DNA of 64,000 bases from Trichormus sp. ATA11-4-KO1 (GCA_019358915.1 JAHHIM010000009.1:32001-96000); one strand, 5' to 3'; positions 40,458 through 50,673 are shown, counted from the first letter of the stretch. Translations and numbers: made by a program. The notes: generated from the sequence alone by a model not told the origin.

Positions 40458-42344
40458 TTATAAAAAAGTTGTGTTTTGCAACCAAATTGCTAAGTTAATT
40501 GCTGTGTAAACTGTCATAGCATCTTGTTCGTGCATAGGGTTAGATAAATAGCGATAATAGGTAGCACGTAATGCTGCAATATCGACATACTTTTCAATAA
40601 TTTCAGGTTGCTTAATAATTATTTCGTCTAAAACTTTCTGTTCAAATTCCAGAAGCTTAGGTTTAAAACTAGCACCTAAATTGGCTTTAGAAATTCTTGT
40701 TTGTAATTCAGGTGGTAAAATTCCTGCCATAGCACGACGCGCAATTAGCCGAGTCCATCCAGAGGAACATTTTTGTTCAGGAGGTATAGCTAAACAAAAT
40801 TCCATCAACCTGCGATCGCAGAAGGGAAACGCCAAAGAAACAGCAAAAGCACTAGATAATTTATCAGCTATTTCTAGCCCATATTGAATTAAGCCAGAGT
40901 TAATACTATGCCAATGTATTTCTCTAGCTGTCACAGGTATATCAATACTTTTTTGCTGTTCCTCAAAATATGCTGATAAATTTATTTGTTTGGCAAATGC
41001 AGGATTAATTGCTTTGTCAGCCCAGATAGGTTTATCAACTATTCGCCCAATAAATTCAGGTATTAAAGGTTGCAATCCCCATCGCCAAATTACTTGCATC
41101 CAAGACTGGTGAAATCTGGATGCGTAAGCTTTAGTTTCTTTCAAAAACCTCTTAAACTTGAATGTCCGGATTAAATCTGTGAGATAGTACTGACCATGAG
41201 AAATAGTCGTATCACCATCTATGCCATCTAAGACAATACGAACATTATTTTCTCGGACTTTTTGATAAATTATCCAATTGAGGTATAGATTAGGGGCACA
41301 GAAACCTTCATCCATATGCCAAAAAATTTTGTCATGCTCTGTTAAAGGACTAATCCCATCCGCCTCAATATAGTGAGGTATAATCCCCTCTTGAGCTACA
41401 ACTAAGTCAACATAAAATCGTTCATCAATCAGCCGTAAGTATTCTGCTTGTAAGTTGGGAAATATAGCAGAAAAAGAGTGTAATTTTTCATGCTTCTGTT
41501 GCGTCAGGATATCACGAGCAACACAGGTAATTGAGGAAGAATCTAGCCCCCCGCTCAACATTGAGCCTCCAGGAAAGGCGCTGCGTAGTCGGCAACTTAC
41601 CGCTTTAGTAAAAATTTCCCGATAGGCTTCGGCATACTCTTGATTTGAACTTAATCGCAGTTCTTGTGATGGATCTAACGACCAATAACGCCGGGTTTGC
41701 TTAGTTTCATAACCAACAATCAGACTATGGGCTGCTGGAAGTCGGAGAATATTTTCATAAAAGGTAATCTCCCGGTCTTCAAACACTCTAGATAAGTATT
41801 GTCCTACTCTGAGTTCATTGAGTCGGCGAGGTACTTCTGGTAAGCACAGCAGAGCTTTAATTTCGGAAGCGAAGGCAAAAATCTGGCTCGAACGATAGTA
41901 GTAAAAAGGTTTGATACCCATTGGATCTCTGGCGCAGAAAAGTATCTGTCGGCGCTGATCCCAAATGACAAAGGCAAAATCGCCCAATAGCTTTTCCGGG
42001 CAATGTTCTCCCCATTTTTCATAGGCAGATAAAATGAGTTGACTATCGGTGATTTTTGCCGATGGTTGCTCGTTCAACTGCAATGCACAAATGAGTTCAT
42101 CCCGATTATCAATGCGAGCATCGGCTGTAATAACTAAATTCCCTGTGTGATTAACTAAAGGCAACTTTTCTAACAGAGATTCGGGAGTTGTCCACAGCAT
42201 CCTGTGTCCCATTCCCACAGACTCCTCCGTCCATATGTCTGCACCATCAGAACCACGATGAGCTAAAACCTCAGCCATCTTTCCCAAAGTAGCTGAGTCT
42301 ATTTGCTGTCCGTCTAGATAGTAAACTCCAAAAATTGCGCTCAC
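40458..42344 (-). CDS. Lasso peptide cyclase (asparagine synthetase-like C protein)
   Basis: AsnB fold with MSAIFG (catalytic Cys replaced by Ser), ARDPMGIKPFYY, LSGGLDSSSI, GIDGD, FPFCDRRL; next to B1/B2. Confidence 0.9.
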   Translation of the reverse strand: MSAIFGVYYLDGQQIDSATLGKMAEVLAHRGSDGADIWTEESVGMGHRMLWTTPESLLEKLPLVNHTGNLVITADARIDNRDELICALQLNEQPSAKITDSQLILSAYEKWGEHCPEKLLGDFAFVIWDQRRQILFCARDPMGIKPFYYYRSSQIFAFASEIKALLCLPEVPRRLNELRVGQYLSRVFEDREITFYENILRLPAAHSLIVGYETKQTRRYWSLDPSQELRLSSNQEYAEAYREIFTKAVSCRLRSAFPGGSMLSGGLDSSSITCVARDILTQQKHEKLHSFSAIFPNLQAEYLRLIDERFYVDLVVAQEGIIPHYIEADGISPLTEHDKIFWHMDEGFCAPNLYLNWIIYQKVRENNVRIVLDGIDGDTTISHGQYYLTDLIRTFKFKRFLKETKAYASRFHQSWMQVIWRWGLQPLIPEFIGRIVDKPIWADKAINPAFAKQINLSAYFEEQQKSIDIPVTAREIHWHSINSGLIQYGLEIADKLSSAFAVSLAFPFCDRRLMEFCLAIPPEQKCSSGWTRLIARRAMAGILPPELQTRISKANLGASFKPKLLEFEQKVLDEIIIKQPEIIEKYVDIAALRATYYRYLSNPMHEQDAMTVYTAINLAIWLQNTTFL

Positions 42345-42372
42345 AAGTTGATACCTGTTTAAAAGATTAGAC

Positions 42373-42816
42373 TCAAACTGCTTTTTGGTATAAAGGCGGA
42401 AGAGGTATAAAGTATGACAAATTTCTGGTTTTGCCGATGATTACTTGACCCTGAACTTCTACCCAAGCATGAGCTTCAAACTTTCCTTGTTTATTTTTAG
42501 CAACTCCAATACGCAGATCAGTTCTATAACCCTGTTGTGCCAATAATATATGAGTCACTAAAGCACGAGCAAGACACATAGGTTTGGGAATCATATATCG
42601 GCTAACAATCTCCACCGCCCAAACTACTCTACGCCAGACTATTTCATCAGGTTCTGGAATATTGGGAGATGCGGAAACAATTTTTCCTACAAGTTTATAC
42701 AAATTTCTCCAAGCTAATAGCCTCAGCCCTAGCCTGATCATGGTCATGGTAATAAAAGTTGTTAACAGCAGTGGTAAATTCTTCGTCAAACGTAGTAGCT
42801 TATATAATTTTTTCAT
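42373..42816 (-). CDS. Lasso leader peptidase B2 (transglutaminase-like)
   Basis: CLARAL...IGV...AHAWVE catalytic motifs; ATG at 42816 overlaps B1 end. Confidence 0.92.
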   Translation of the reverse strand: MKKLYKLLRLTKNLPLLLTTFITMTMIRLGLRLLAWRNLYKLVGKIVSASPNIPEPDEIVWRRVVWAVEIVSRYMIPKPMCLARALVTHILLAQQGYRTDLRIGVAKNKQGKFEAHAWVEVQGQVIIGKTRNLSYFIPLPPLYQKAV

Positions 42817-43114
42817 GACTAATCTCAATTAATTGTGCGGCTTGTAGCTGTAGCAGCAATTCAATTAAATCGCGATCGCATTCTTCAGGTGTCACCTTAT
42901 ACTCTTGTAGAAGAGTCTGCTTGATATCTTTCACAGTTTTTGGTTCCTTAATCAAAGTCCATATCCTTGCTCCTACTTCATTCAGACTTTGGTAGACTCC
43001 AGACTTGAAGTTGAGAATAACTACTTCATCGCCAATATCGGAAGAGATTTGTTCCGGAACAGCTACTACTATTGAGGACTCTGAGATTTTGTGCTTGAGT
43101 TTGTGCGAGTTCAT
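42800..43114 (-). CDS. RiPP recognition element B1 (PqqD family)
   Basis: EVVILNFKSGVYQSLNEVGARIWTLI...EYKV...CDRDLIELL. Confidence 0.92.
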   Translation of the reverse strand: MNSHKLKHKISESSIVVAVPEQISSDIGDEVVILNFKSGVYQSLNEVGARIWTLIKEPKTVKDIKQTLLQEYKVTPEECDRDLIELLLQLQAAQLIEISHEKII

Positions 43115-43162
43115 CTGCTTATGTCCATTTAATTTTGGCTGGTGTGAGTATCAAAATCGTCA

Positions 43163-43331
43163 TTATGGTTAACCTGAGTTTGATGACCTCTCCCCAACCC
43201 CTCTCCGTGTCGGAGAAGGGCTTAAATATCTTGAAAGCTCAACGAGAAATTAAGGTTTTGCAGCCTCTCTCCTGCAAGGGGAGAGGTTTGGAGAGGGGTT
43301 TTTCAACTTGTCAAACTCACGTTATGGTTAA
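43163..43331. mobile_element. MITE with terminal inverted repeats and direct flanking repeat
   Basis: TAACCTGAGTTTGA / TCAAACTCACGTTA inverted ends; TTATGGTTAA repeated at 43163-43172 and 43322-43331; internal CCTCTCC/GGAGAGG palindromes. Confidence 0.8.
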
Positions 43332-43382
43332 TAGCAAAAGTCTTCTCAAGAGGAATAAACTCCCTTGATGGCATAAATTTCA

Positions 43383-43433
43383 GTCCACTAAAGTGGACTT
43401 GGGTTATTAGCCAAGAAATAAATTTCTTGGCTG
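43383..43433. repeat. Paired palindromic small dispersed repeat
   Basis: GTCCACT-aa-AGTGGAC and AGCCAAGAAAT-aa-ATTTCTTGGCT. Confidence 0.65.
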
Positions 43434-43828
43434 GAAATTGAGCGGATGCAAGATGCAAGCAAAGCTATTTACAAGCGTTCAGCCGTTATGCATGTAAACA
43501 AATCTGCCGATTTCGTTCAATAGGTTTTCTAAAACTATGCCAAAAGATGATGTTGATATCATGCATTACGGATACTGATTTATTGATATGTCTAAAGAAG
43601 TAAATAGTGTGCTTTTTTTTAGGCTCTATTGTCTAAAATGATACTAAACACTCCAACATCAATCATCTTTCATCACTCTCGTGAGAGAATAATATCTTAA
43701 AGCGCCCATCGCCTGGACTGTCATGATACTGGATAGGGTATATGGCAGTTGCCAATGTAGCTGAGGATATAAACTAATCATCAACCTTGGATACCAAGGG
43801 ATTTTTAAGTCTGTCCCCTGCTATATCA

Positions 43829-44899
43829 CTACCTAGAAGCCTTGGAAGTTAATGATAAATCCATTAAATTCGCCAGTTTGTACACAATCCGCGCCCCGAC
43901 ATTGCCATCCCACTCAGCATCACCAACTTCGCAGACATCAAAACCGATGATTTGGCGTAGCTTGCCACCGGAGGTATCGCTTTTTACCAATTCCCGGAAT
44001 AAACAAAAAGTTTGCTCTAATTCCCAGCCACCAGGAACGGGAGTACCTGTACTTGGGCAAAGCTTGGGATCAAGACCATCGACATCAAAGCTAATGTAAA
44101 CATGCTCTGGTAAATGGCTGATAATTTCTCGGCATAAATCAATCCAATTACTGCCAGAGTAAAGCTTTTGTTTAATAGCGGGGTCATAATAAGCGATAAT
44201 GCGATCGCCTGATTGCTCAATCATTGCCACTTCATCATGAGAAATATCACGCAAACCTACTTGTACTAATTTAGAAATTTGCGGGATTTTCAACGCATTA
44301 AACATGATAGATGCATGGGAAAACTCAAATCCCTCATAGGCAGCGCGTAAATCTGCATGGGCATCAATGTGTAAAATGCCGTAATTGGGGTATTTAACAG
44401 CTAATGCTTGAAAGTAGCCTAAAGGGGAACTGTGATCACCACCAATCACAGCGACTCGTTTACCATGATTAATTGCTGCTTGAGACTGATCAAACAGCCA
44501 TTGATTTACTTGTTGACTAGCTTGATTAATTTCTGTCAGTACAGGCGTTAAATCTGGTACATCCGTTAATGATTTTCCTTGCGCCAGTCGTTCAATAATT
44601 TTTGCTGCCAAGGTGCGATAGTATTTGTTCTTCTCCAAAATATCCTGGGGAATTTCCATCATGAAAATTCCCTGTTTCCAACCATCAGGATGATCAAAAT
44701 CGAACAAATCTAGTTGAGTCGAAGCATCCAGAATTCGCTGTGGCCCGTTGGCTGTACCTGCGCCATAAGATACAGTGACTTCCCACGGTACAGCAATGAT
44801 AATTAAGTTTGCCGACTCATAATCGCAGGGTAAACCCAAGATATTACCATTGATTTCACCTACGCCACTAGGATTATAGTCCGGTTGTTGAATACTCAT
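43829..44899 (-). CDS. speB: Agmatinase/arginase-family ureohydrolase
   Basis: GGDHS, HIDAHADLR, SFDVDGLDP, GTPVPGG. Confidence 0.82.
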   Translation of the reverse strand: MSIQQPDYNPSGVGEINGNILGLPCDYESANLIIIAVPWEVTVSYGAGTANGPQRILDASTQLDLFDFDHPDGWKQGIFMMEIPQDILEKNKYYRTLAAKIIERLAQGKSLTDVPDLTPVLTEINQASQQVNQWLFDQSQAAINHGKRVAVIGGDHSSPLGYFQALAVKYPNYGILHIDAHADLRAAYEGFEFSHASIMFNALKIPQISKLVQVGLRDISHDEVAMIEQSGDRIIAYYDPAIKQKLYSGSNWIDLCREIISHLPEHVYISFDVDGLDPKLCPSTGTPVPGGWELEQTFCLFRELVKSDTSGGKLRQIIGFDVCEVGDAEWDGNVGARIVYKLANLMDLSLTSKASR

Positions 44900-44953
44900 C
44901 AGCAGGGAACAGCTTTATCTCGTACCCAAATATCCTAACGAAAAAATGCCTAC

Positions 44954-45679
44954 CTACAACAAAGCTGCTATTAGTTGGTCAAAATTGCGTTGATATACCT
45001 GTTGTCCATACTTATTCCACTCTTCGTCTGAAGATTGGGGAAATCGTGTCAATGTTGCTCGTTGAATATATGTCATGATTGGGCGACGTAGATCCTCATA
45101 TTTCTTGAAAGCTGTAGCGATCGCTTCTCGATTATCCCAGTTATTCGTCTCAGCAATGTGCGCAATTAACGTTGTCACTGCTAATGCATCTTCAAATCCT
45201 TGATTCGCTCCCTGCGCCATGAAAGGAGGCATTCCATGAGCTGCATCGCCAACTAACACAACTCGTCCTGCACTCCAGGCCGGTTGAGTTTTGGTGTCAG
45301 ATGTGGTAGCGCGGTGAATGTGATATGGGCGTTGCTGCATATTAGTAGGGGGAGACAGACGAACTAATTCCTTGAGTACATGAGGAAAATCAACTTTTGC
45401 TAATTCCTCAAGTGCTAAATTAATCAAAGAACTTCCCGATTTTCCCTCTAAAGATTCGCAAGGCAAAGCCAAATGTAGTATATACCCAAATGGATTGCCT
45501 GGTCTACGAAATAACATCATTCTTGGCTCATCACCAATTGTCACTATTGGTGAATCTTGAAGAAATTGTTCTGCAATTTGTGTTTGTAGTTCGTTGGGGA
45601 TATCAGTTATTTCCCTACAAGATATAGCAGCAAATCCAGAATATTCAGGTCGGGCAAAATCACTGTAGGAACTATTGTG
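44954..45679 (-). pseudogene. C-terminal half of an FAD-dependent monooxygenase
   Basis: GRVVLVGDAAHGMPPFMAQGANQGFED present; open frame continues to 45679 without a start, GxGxxG or DG motif and runs into a MITE remnant. Confidence 0.75.
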
Positions 45680-45684
45680 ACGCC

Positions 45685-45763
45685 CAGAGGGGAGTAAAAA
45701 GCCAAATTTTCCGTTACTCCTCCCTTTCCTTGCAGGAGAGGGAGAGGTTCGTCGAACTCACGT
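45685..45763. mobile_element. One-ended remnant of the same MITE family as 43163-43331
   Basis: TTGCAGGAGAGGGAGAGGTTCGTCGAACTCACGT resembles the right end at 43270-43323. Confidence 0.6.
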
Positions 45764-45768
45764 CAGCT

Positions 45769-47124
45769 TTATCGCATAGTCACAAATTCTTCGGCAGAAC
45801 TAGGATGGATTCCCACGGTGGCATCAAAATTAGCTTTAGTAGCACCCATCTTCACTGCGATCGCCACTCCTTGTATAATCTCGGCAGCGCTTGTGCCCAC
45901 CATATGCGCCCCTAGTACCTTATCGGTATTTTGGTCAACCACCAATTTCATCATGGTTTTTTCGTCTTTACCAGGTAAGGTGTAGTACATCGGCCGAAAG
46001 CGACTGCGATAAACTTTCACCGCATCACCATATTTTTCCCTGGCTTCTGCTTCAGTCAAACCAACGGTTGCAGCTTCTGGTGTGGTAAAGATGGCGGTGG
46101 GTACATTCTCATAACTCATAGTACGAGACTTATTGCCAAATACTGTATCCGCCAACGCCCGACCTTCATTAATCGCCACGGGAGTTAAATTAATGTTGTC
46201 AGTACAATCTCCCACCGCAAATATATTCTCTTCGTTGGTGCGACTGTACTTGTCAACTATAATTGCTCCTTCAGCATCTAGCTGGACTTTGGTGTTTTCC
46301 AAACCCAATTTTTGGGTGTTGGGTTTGCGACCAGTTGCAGCTAAACTAACTGCATCAACAACCACTGTCTCTTCAGATTCCCCATCTCTGCGAATTGTGA
46401 CTTTGATACCTGTGTCGTTTTTCTCAATGGCAATCAGTTGGGAGTTGTTGAGAATTTTAATTCCGTGGTTACCCATTGCTTGCTGAATCTCAGTCCGCAA
46501 ATCTTCATCGAAACCACGCAAAATCTTTTCGTTGCGAATCACTTGAGTAACTTCGCTTCCCATACCATTGAGGATACAAGCAAATTCTGAGCCGATGTAT
46601 CCTCCCCCCAAAATTACTATGCGTTGCGGCTGTTCTTGCAGATGGAAAATATCATCGGAGGTAATAGCGTGTTCAATTCCGGGAATATCTGGCTTGATGG
46701 GATATCCACCCACAGCAATTAAAATTTTGTCGGCGGTGACTTGGCTCTCCCCAACTACAATCGTATGAGCATCAATAAACTTGCCGTATCCCTCTAATAC
46801 TTCAACCTTGGAGTTATCCAGCATCCGTTGATAGATGCCGTTGAGGCGAGTTACTTCATTATTCACCGCCGTAATCATTTTTTCCCAATCCAGAGAACTT
46901 TTGACTGCACTCCAGCCGTAGCCTTCGGCATCCTCAAATAGATCAGGAAAATGAGAAGCGTATACCATTAACTTTTTGGGGACACAGCCACGATTTACGC
47001 AGGTTCCGCCTAGTCGGTCAAACTCAGCAATCCCCACTTTTGCACCATATTCCGCAGCCCTTCTGGCGGTTGCAATCCCACCAGATCCTGCACCAATTAC
47101 AAATAAGTCGAAATCGTAGCTCAT
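45769..47124 (-). CDS. gor: Glutathione-disulfide reductase
   Basis: GAGSGG, GGTCVNRGCVPKK, GGGYIG, HPSSAEEFVTMR. Confidence 0.95.
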   Translation of the reverse strand: MSYDFDLFVIGAGSGGIATARRAAEYGAKVGIAEFDRLGGTCVNRGCVPKKLMVYASHFPDLFEDAEGYGWSAVKSSLDWEKMITAVNNEVTRLNGIYQRMLDNSKVEVLEGYGKFIDAHTIVVGESQVTADKILIAVGGYPIKPDIPGIEHAITSDDIFHLQEQPQRIVILGGGYIGSEFACILNGMGSEVTQVIRNEKILRGFDEDLRTEIQQAMGNHGIKILNNSQLIAIEKNDTGIKVTIRRDGESEETVVVDAVSLAATGRKPNTQKLGLENTKVQLDAEGAIIVDKYSRTNEENIFAVGDCTDNINLTPVAINEGRALADTVFGNKSRTMSYENVPTAIFTTPEAATVGLTEAEAREKYGDAVKVYRSRFRPMYYTLPGKDEKTMMKLVVDQNTDKVLGAHMVGTSAAEIIQGVAIAVKMGATKANFDATVGIHPSSAEEFVTMR

Positions 47125-47222
47125 GTGTCCCTCGAATTTGAAATTTTCAATATGGGGAAATGGGGAGATGGGAAGTAACCAATGCCCAATTCCCCATGCC
47201 TTATGCCCAATACCTAAAAATG

Positions 47223-47771
47223 TTACACAGTCGCAGGAGTTTTAGCTCCTTTTAGGTAACCAAGCATGGTCTCTGCATCGGAGACTTCAAAGGGATCGGT
47301 GGGGCAGTTATCTTCGTAACCAGGCTCAATGAAAATCTTTTCAATTTTGCAGTCATTCACTACCATTGAGTAGCGCCAAGAGCGCAGACCAAAGCCCAGG
47401 TTAGACTTGTCAACTAACATCCCCATTTTGCGGGTGAATTCACCGTTACCATCGGGGAGTAAGAAGACCTTTTGAGCGCCTTGTTGCTTGCCCCATTGGT
47501 ACATCACAAAGGCATCATTCACAGATATACAAATTACTTCATCAACACCTAGGGCTTTGAAGTCATCATAGAGTTCTTCATAGCGGGGAAGATGAGAAGT
47601 GGAACAAGTGGGGGTAAAAGCTCCAGGTAGTGAGAACACTACAACACGCTTGCCACCAAAAATATCTTGAGTTGTGCGGTCTTCCCAACGAAAGGGGTTA
47701 GAACCACCAAGAGACTCGTCACGGACACGAGTTTTGAATACAACGTTAGGAACTCTTTCGATAACAGCCAT
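47223..47771 (-). CDS. Type II (Prx5-like) peroxiredoxin
   Basis: [26 protein letters not shown]. Confidence 0.92.
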   Translation of the reverse strand: MAVIERVPNVVFKTRVRDESLGGSNPFRWEDRTTQDIFGGKRVVVFSLPGAFTPTCSTSHLPRYEELYDDFKALGVDEVICISVNDAFVMYQWGKQQGAQKVFLLPDGNGEFTRKMGMLVDKSNLGFGLRSWRYSMVVNDCKIEKIFIEPGYEDNCPTDPFEVSDAETMLGYLKGAKTPATV

Positions 47772-47828
47772 ATTAACCTTATTGATCAGTTGGTGTATTA
47801 GCTTGTGATTGCGTTTTGCTCACGTATC

Positions 47829-47843
47829 TCAGAATAATTCTGA
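47829..47843. promoter_or_regulatory. Per/Fur-box-like 7-1-7 operator
   Basis: TCAGAAT-A-ATTCTGA perfect inverted repeat between divergent prx and Fur-family gene. Confidence 0.6.
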
Positions 47844-47970
47844 TTTAGGAAATATTCAATAGTTATAAATACTTAAAAAAATTATTCAATCAGACATAAC
47901 ATTAATTTATTACTGGGTGTGATTATAATAGGGAAACAAATCATTAAAAATGTAAAATGTAGCAGCAAAT

Positions 47971-48396
47971 ATGCAGCAAGAGACACACACAATTATTCAA
48001 ACCTTAAAGTCTAAGGGTTTGAGGGTGACTCCTCAGAGGTTTGCGGTCTATGCAAATTTGTTATCTCGTGCTGATCACCCCACAGTAGAGACCATTCTGG
48101 CCGATCTCAACAAAGATTTTCCCGTCTCGTCTCAGGCGACCATTTATAGTTCTCTGCAAGCTCTAAGAGAAGTGGGTCTTGTGCGAGAAGTTTTATTAGA
48201 GGAGGGGGTTTCTCGTTATGATGCGAATGTAGAACCCCATCACCACTTTTGCTGTCGCCAATGTGGTGCAATTGAAGATATTGGTTGGGATACATTCCAG
48301 TGTATAAGGCTAAAAAATTTGCGCCCTGGGTTACGTGGAGAAACTTATGAGGTAACGGTTCAGGGCTTGTGCGATCGCTGTAGTAGTCTTACTTAA
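47971..48396 (+). CDS. perR: Fur-family regulator, PerR-like
   Basis: LRVTPQR, HPT, ATIY, HHHFCCRQCG...CDRC; divergent from peroxiredoxin. Confidence 0.75.
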   Translation: MQQETHTIIQTLKSKGLRVTPQRFAVYANLLSRADHPTVETILADLNKDFPVSSQATIYSSLQALREVGLVREVLLEEGVSRYDANVEPHHHFCCRQCGAIEDIGWDTFQCIRLKNLRPGLRGETYEVTVQGLCDRCSSLT

Positions 48397-50668
48397 GAAC
48401 CTGTTGCAAAGTCAGTAATAATTCATGGACAGTATAAGGCTTGGGCAAAAATGTATGCGTACCCGTGTTCATCACTTCCTCTAACTTATTTTTGGACATC
48501 AGACCACTAGTGGCAATAATTTTGACTTGGGGATTAATTTTTTGTAAGGTGCGGATAGCGGTAATACCATCCAATGAAGGCAACATAATATCCATCAGCA
48601 CAGCACTAATTTTATCTGCGTACTTAGCATACAGAGCGATCGCCTCAATGCCATCACTAGCAATCATAGTTTGGTATTGGTGAGTTTCCAGCGATGTCCT
48701 GGTAATATCCTGAATTGAGGGTTCATCATCCACAATGAGAATCAATTCTCCCTGTCCTGTGGGTATTGTCATCTCTTCTGGGTTGGATGTTTCTGTTCCT
48801 CCTACTGCTGGCAAGTACACCTTAAAACTAGTGCCACGACCTATCTCGCTATACACGTTGATAAAACCACCGTGGCTTTTAGTAATCCCAATGACAGTAG
48901 AAAGTCCTAATCCTGTACCTTGTCCTACTGGTTTGGTGGTGAAGAATGGCTCAAAAATTCGATCTAGAATTTCCTCAGGAATGCCAACTCCAGTATCAGT
49001 AACTGTAATCACGATATACAGTCCCGCTTGAGCTTCCAGGTTCATCCGCGCATAATTGGCATCAATCAAGAGGTTTTCGGCAGAGATAGTTAAAGTACCG
49101 CCATTGGGCATAGCGTCGCGGGCATTGACACATAGATTCATCAGTACCTGATGCAGTTGGGTACTATCGCCAGAAACCATCCACAAGTCGTGTGGTACGT
49201 CAGTATAAATTTCGATGGATTTGGGGAAGGTTTCTTTGAGAATTTTGGCAACTTCTACAATCAGGTGTCTCATTTGTAAAGTAATGCGCTTACCCTCTAC
49301 ACCCCTAGCAAACGACAGCACCTGCTTGACTAAATCGGCTCCCCGTTTAGCGTTAATTTCCAGAATTTCCAACAACCGCCGAGTTCGTTCATCAGCATCG
49401 GGAAATTTTAGTGGTAGAAGTTGCGCTCCTGCCAAAATCGGTGTCAGAATATTATTCAGGTCGTGAGCAATGCCACTAGCTAGTGTACCGATACTTTCTA
49501 GGCGTTGAGCGCGGAACAATTGTGCTTCTAAGCGTTTCTTTTCAGTAATGTCCGTATCAACAATCAGAATTGATTTCGGATTTCCCTGGGCGTCGCGTAC
49601 CAAACTCCAACGGCTAGCTACTAGAACTTCCTTCCCAGTTTTGGTGATTTTAGTTAACTCACCCTGCCACTGACCGTTAGTAATAATATTCAATAAAGCT
49701 GTTTGAATTTCCTGAGATGCTTGGTGATACAGAAGCTGACTGGCATTTTTGCCCAAAGCTGCTTGAGCCTGCCAACCGTAGAGATTTTCTGCACCTTTAT
49801 TCCAAAAGAGAATGTGATTTTCTAAATCGCATACACAAATTGCATCAGTAGCAATGTCTAGTAAGGCTGCTTGTTCGCGAATTTTTTCTTCAGCCAACTT
49901 GCGTTCGTGCAACGCGGCTTGCCGTTCGCTGATGTCGATACTGGCGCAAGTTATACCGATAATTTCTTGCGACTCATTCCGCAATGGCTCGACAGTCAAG
50001 TCATAATAGCGAATTCCTTGAGGTGTGGTGATGGATACTTCCTCACGAGTCCCTATGCCGTTGGTCAGTACACTATGTTTAATAGCCATGAGACGCTGGG
50101 CATCTTTAGCTGGGATGAGATCAAAGTCATGTTTACCCAACATGTCCTCACCCGTCCACCCAGACATGGAATTATAAACCCAGGTATAACGTAAATCTTG
50201 ATCTTGGTTGAAAACAAAGATAGGAGAATTTTTCAGAGCCACCCGAAATCGCTCTTCACTCTGCCGCAGGGCATTTTCTGACCGTTGACGCTCAATGGCG
50301 TAGCGCATGGAACGTACCAACAAGTCACCAGTCACTTGTCCTTTAACCAAATAATCCTGTGCGCCTTCCTGCATTGCCCGGAGTGCCAGGGTTTCATCAT
50401 CTATACCTGTCAGCACAATAATCGGAGTTGCTTTTGCCTGACGAGCCACTTTGATAAAGGTTTCTAGTCCCTGGCTATCAGGCAGTGAAAGGTCTAATAG
50501 TATGACATCAAAGCTGTCGTTAGCTAAACACTCCAGTGCTTCCAAGAGCTGCTCAACTGGCTGCAACTCAACTTTAGCTGTAGTCACTTCTTTTAATAAC
50601 TCTTGCAATAAAAAGACATCACCAGGGTTATCTTCAACTAACAAGACTTTAATCAGTTTTCCTGCCAT
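48389..50668 (-). CDS. Hybrid sensor kinase REC-PAS-PAS-HisKA-HATPase-REC
   Basis: N-terminal receiver, IAHDLNN H-box, FFTTKPVGQGTGLGL, C-terminal receiver. Confidence 0.92.
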   Translation of the reverse strand: MAGKLIKVLLVEDNPGDVFLLQELLKEVTTAKVELQPVEQLLEALECLANDSFDVILLDLSLPDSQGLETFIKVARQAKATPIIVLTGIDDETLALRAMQEGAQDYLVKGQVTGDLLVRSMRYAIERQRSENALRQSEERFRVALKNSPIFVFNQDQDLRYTWVYNSMSGWTGEDMLGKHDFDLIPAKDAQRLMAIKHSVLTNGIGTREEVSITTPQGIRYYDLTVEPLRNESQEIIGITCASIDISERQAALHERKLAEEKIREQAALLDIATDAICVCDLENHILFWNKGAENLYGWQAQAALGKNASQLLYHQASQEIQTALLNIITNGQWQGELTKITKTGKEVLVASRWSLVRDAQGNPKSILIVDTDITEKKRLEAQLFRAQRLESIGTLASGIAHDLNNILTPILAGAQLLPLKFPDADERTRRLLEILEINAKRGADLVKQVLSFARGVEGKRITLQMRHLIVEVAKILKETFPKSIEIYTDVPHDLWMVSGDSTQLHQVLMNLCVNARDAMPNGGTLTISAENLLIDANYARMNLEAQAGLYIVITVTDTGVGIPEEILDRIFEPFFTTKPVGQGTGLGLSTVIGITKSHGGFINVYSEIGRGTSFKVYLPAVGGTETSNPEEMTIPTGQGELILIVDDEPSIQDITRTSLETHQYQTMIASDGIEAIALYAKYADKISAVLMDIMLPSLDGITAIRTLQKINPQVKIIATSGLMSKNKLEEVMNTGTHTFLPKPYTVHELLLTLQQVLK

Positions 50669-50673
50669 TTTTA

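Noticed and set aside
40458..42344. Housekeeping asparagine synthetase AsnB
   Set aside because: The N-terminal nucleophile Cys is Ser, and the gene sits with B1, B2 and a precursor, so it is a RiPP cyclase
43135..43368. 77-aa ORF on the plus strand
   Set aside because: Reads through the MITE; sequence is repeat-derived
43738..43828. Additional degenerate TATAG-ended MITE downstream of agmatinase
   Set aside because: End similarity is too short and mismatched to support
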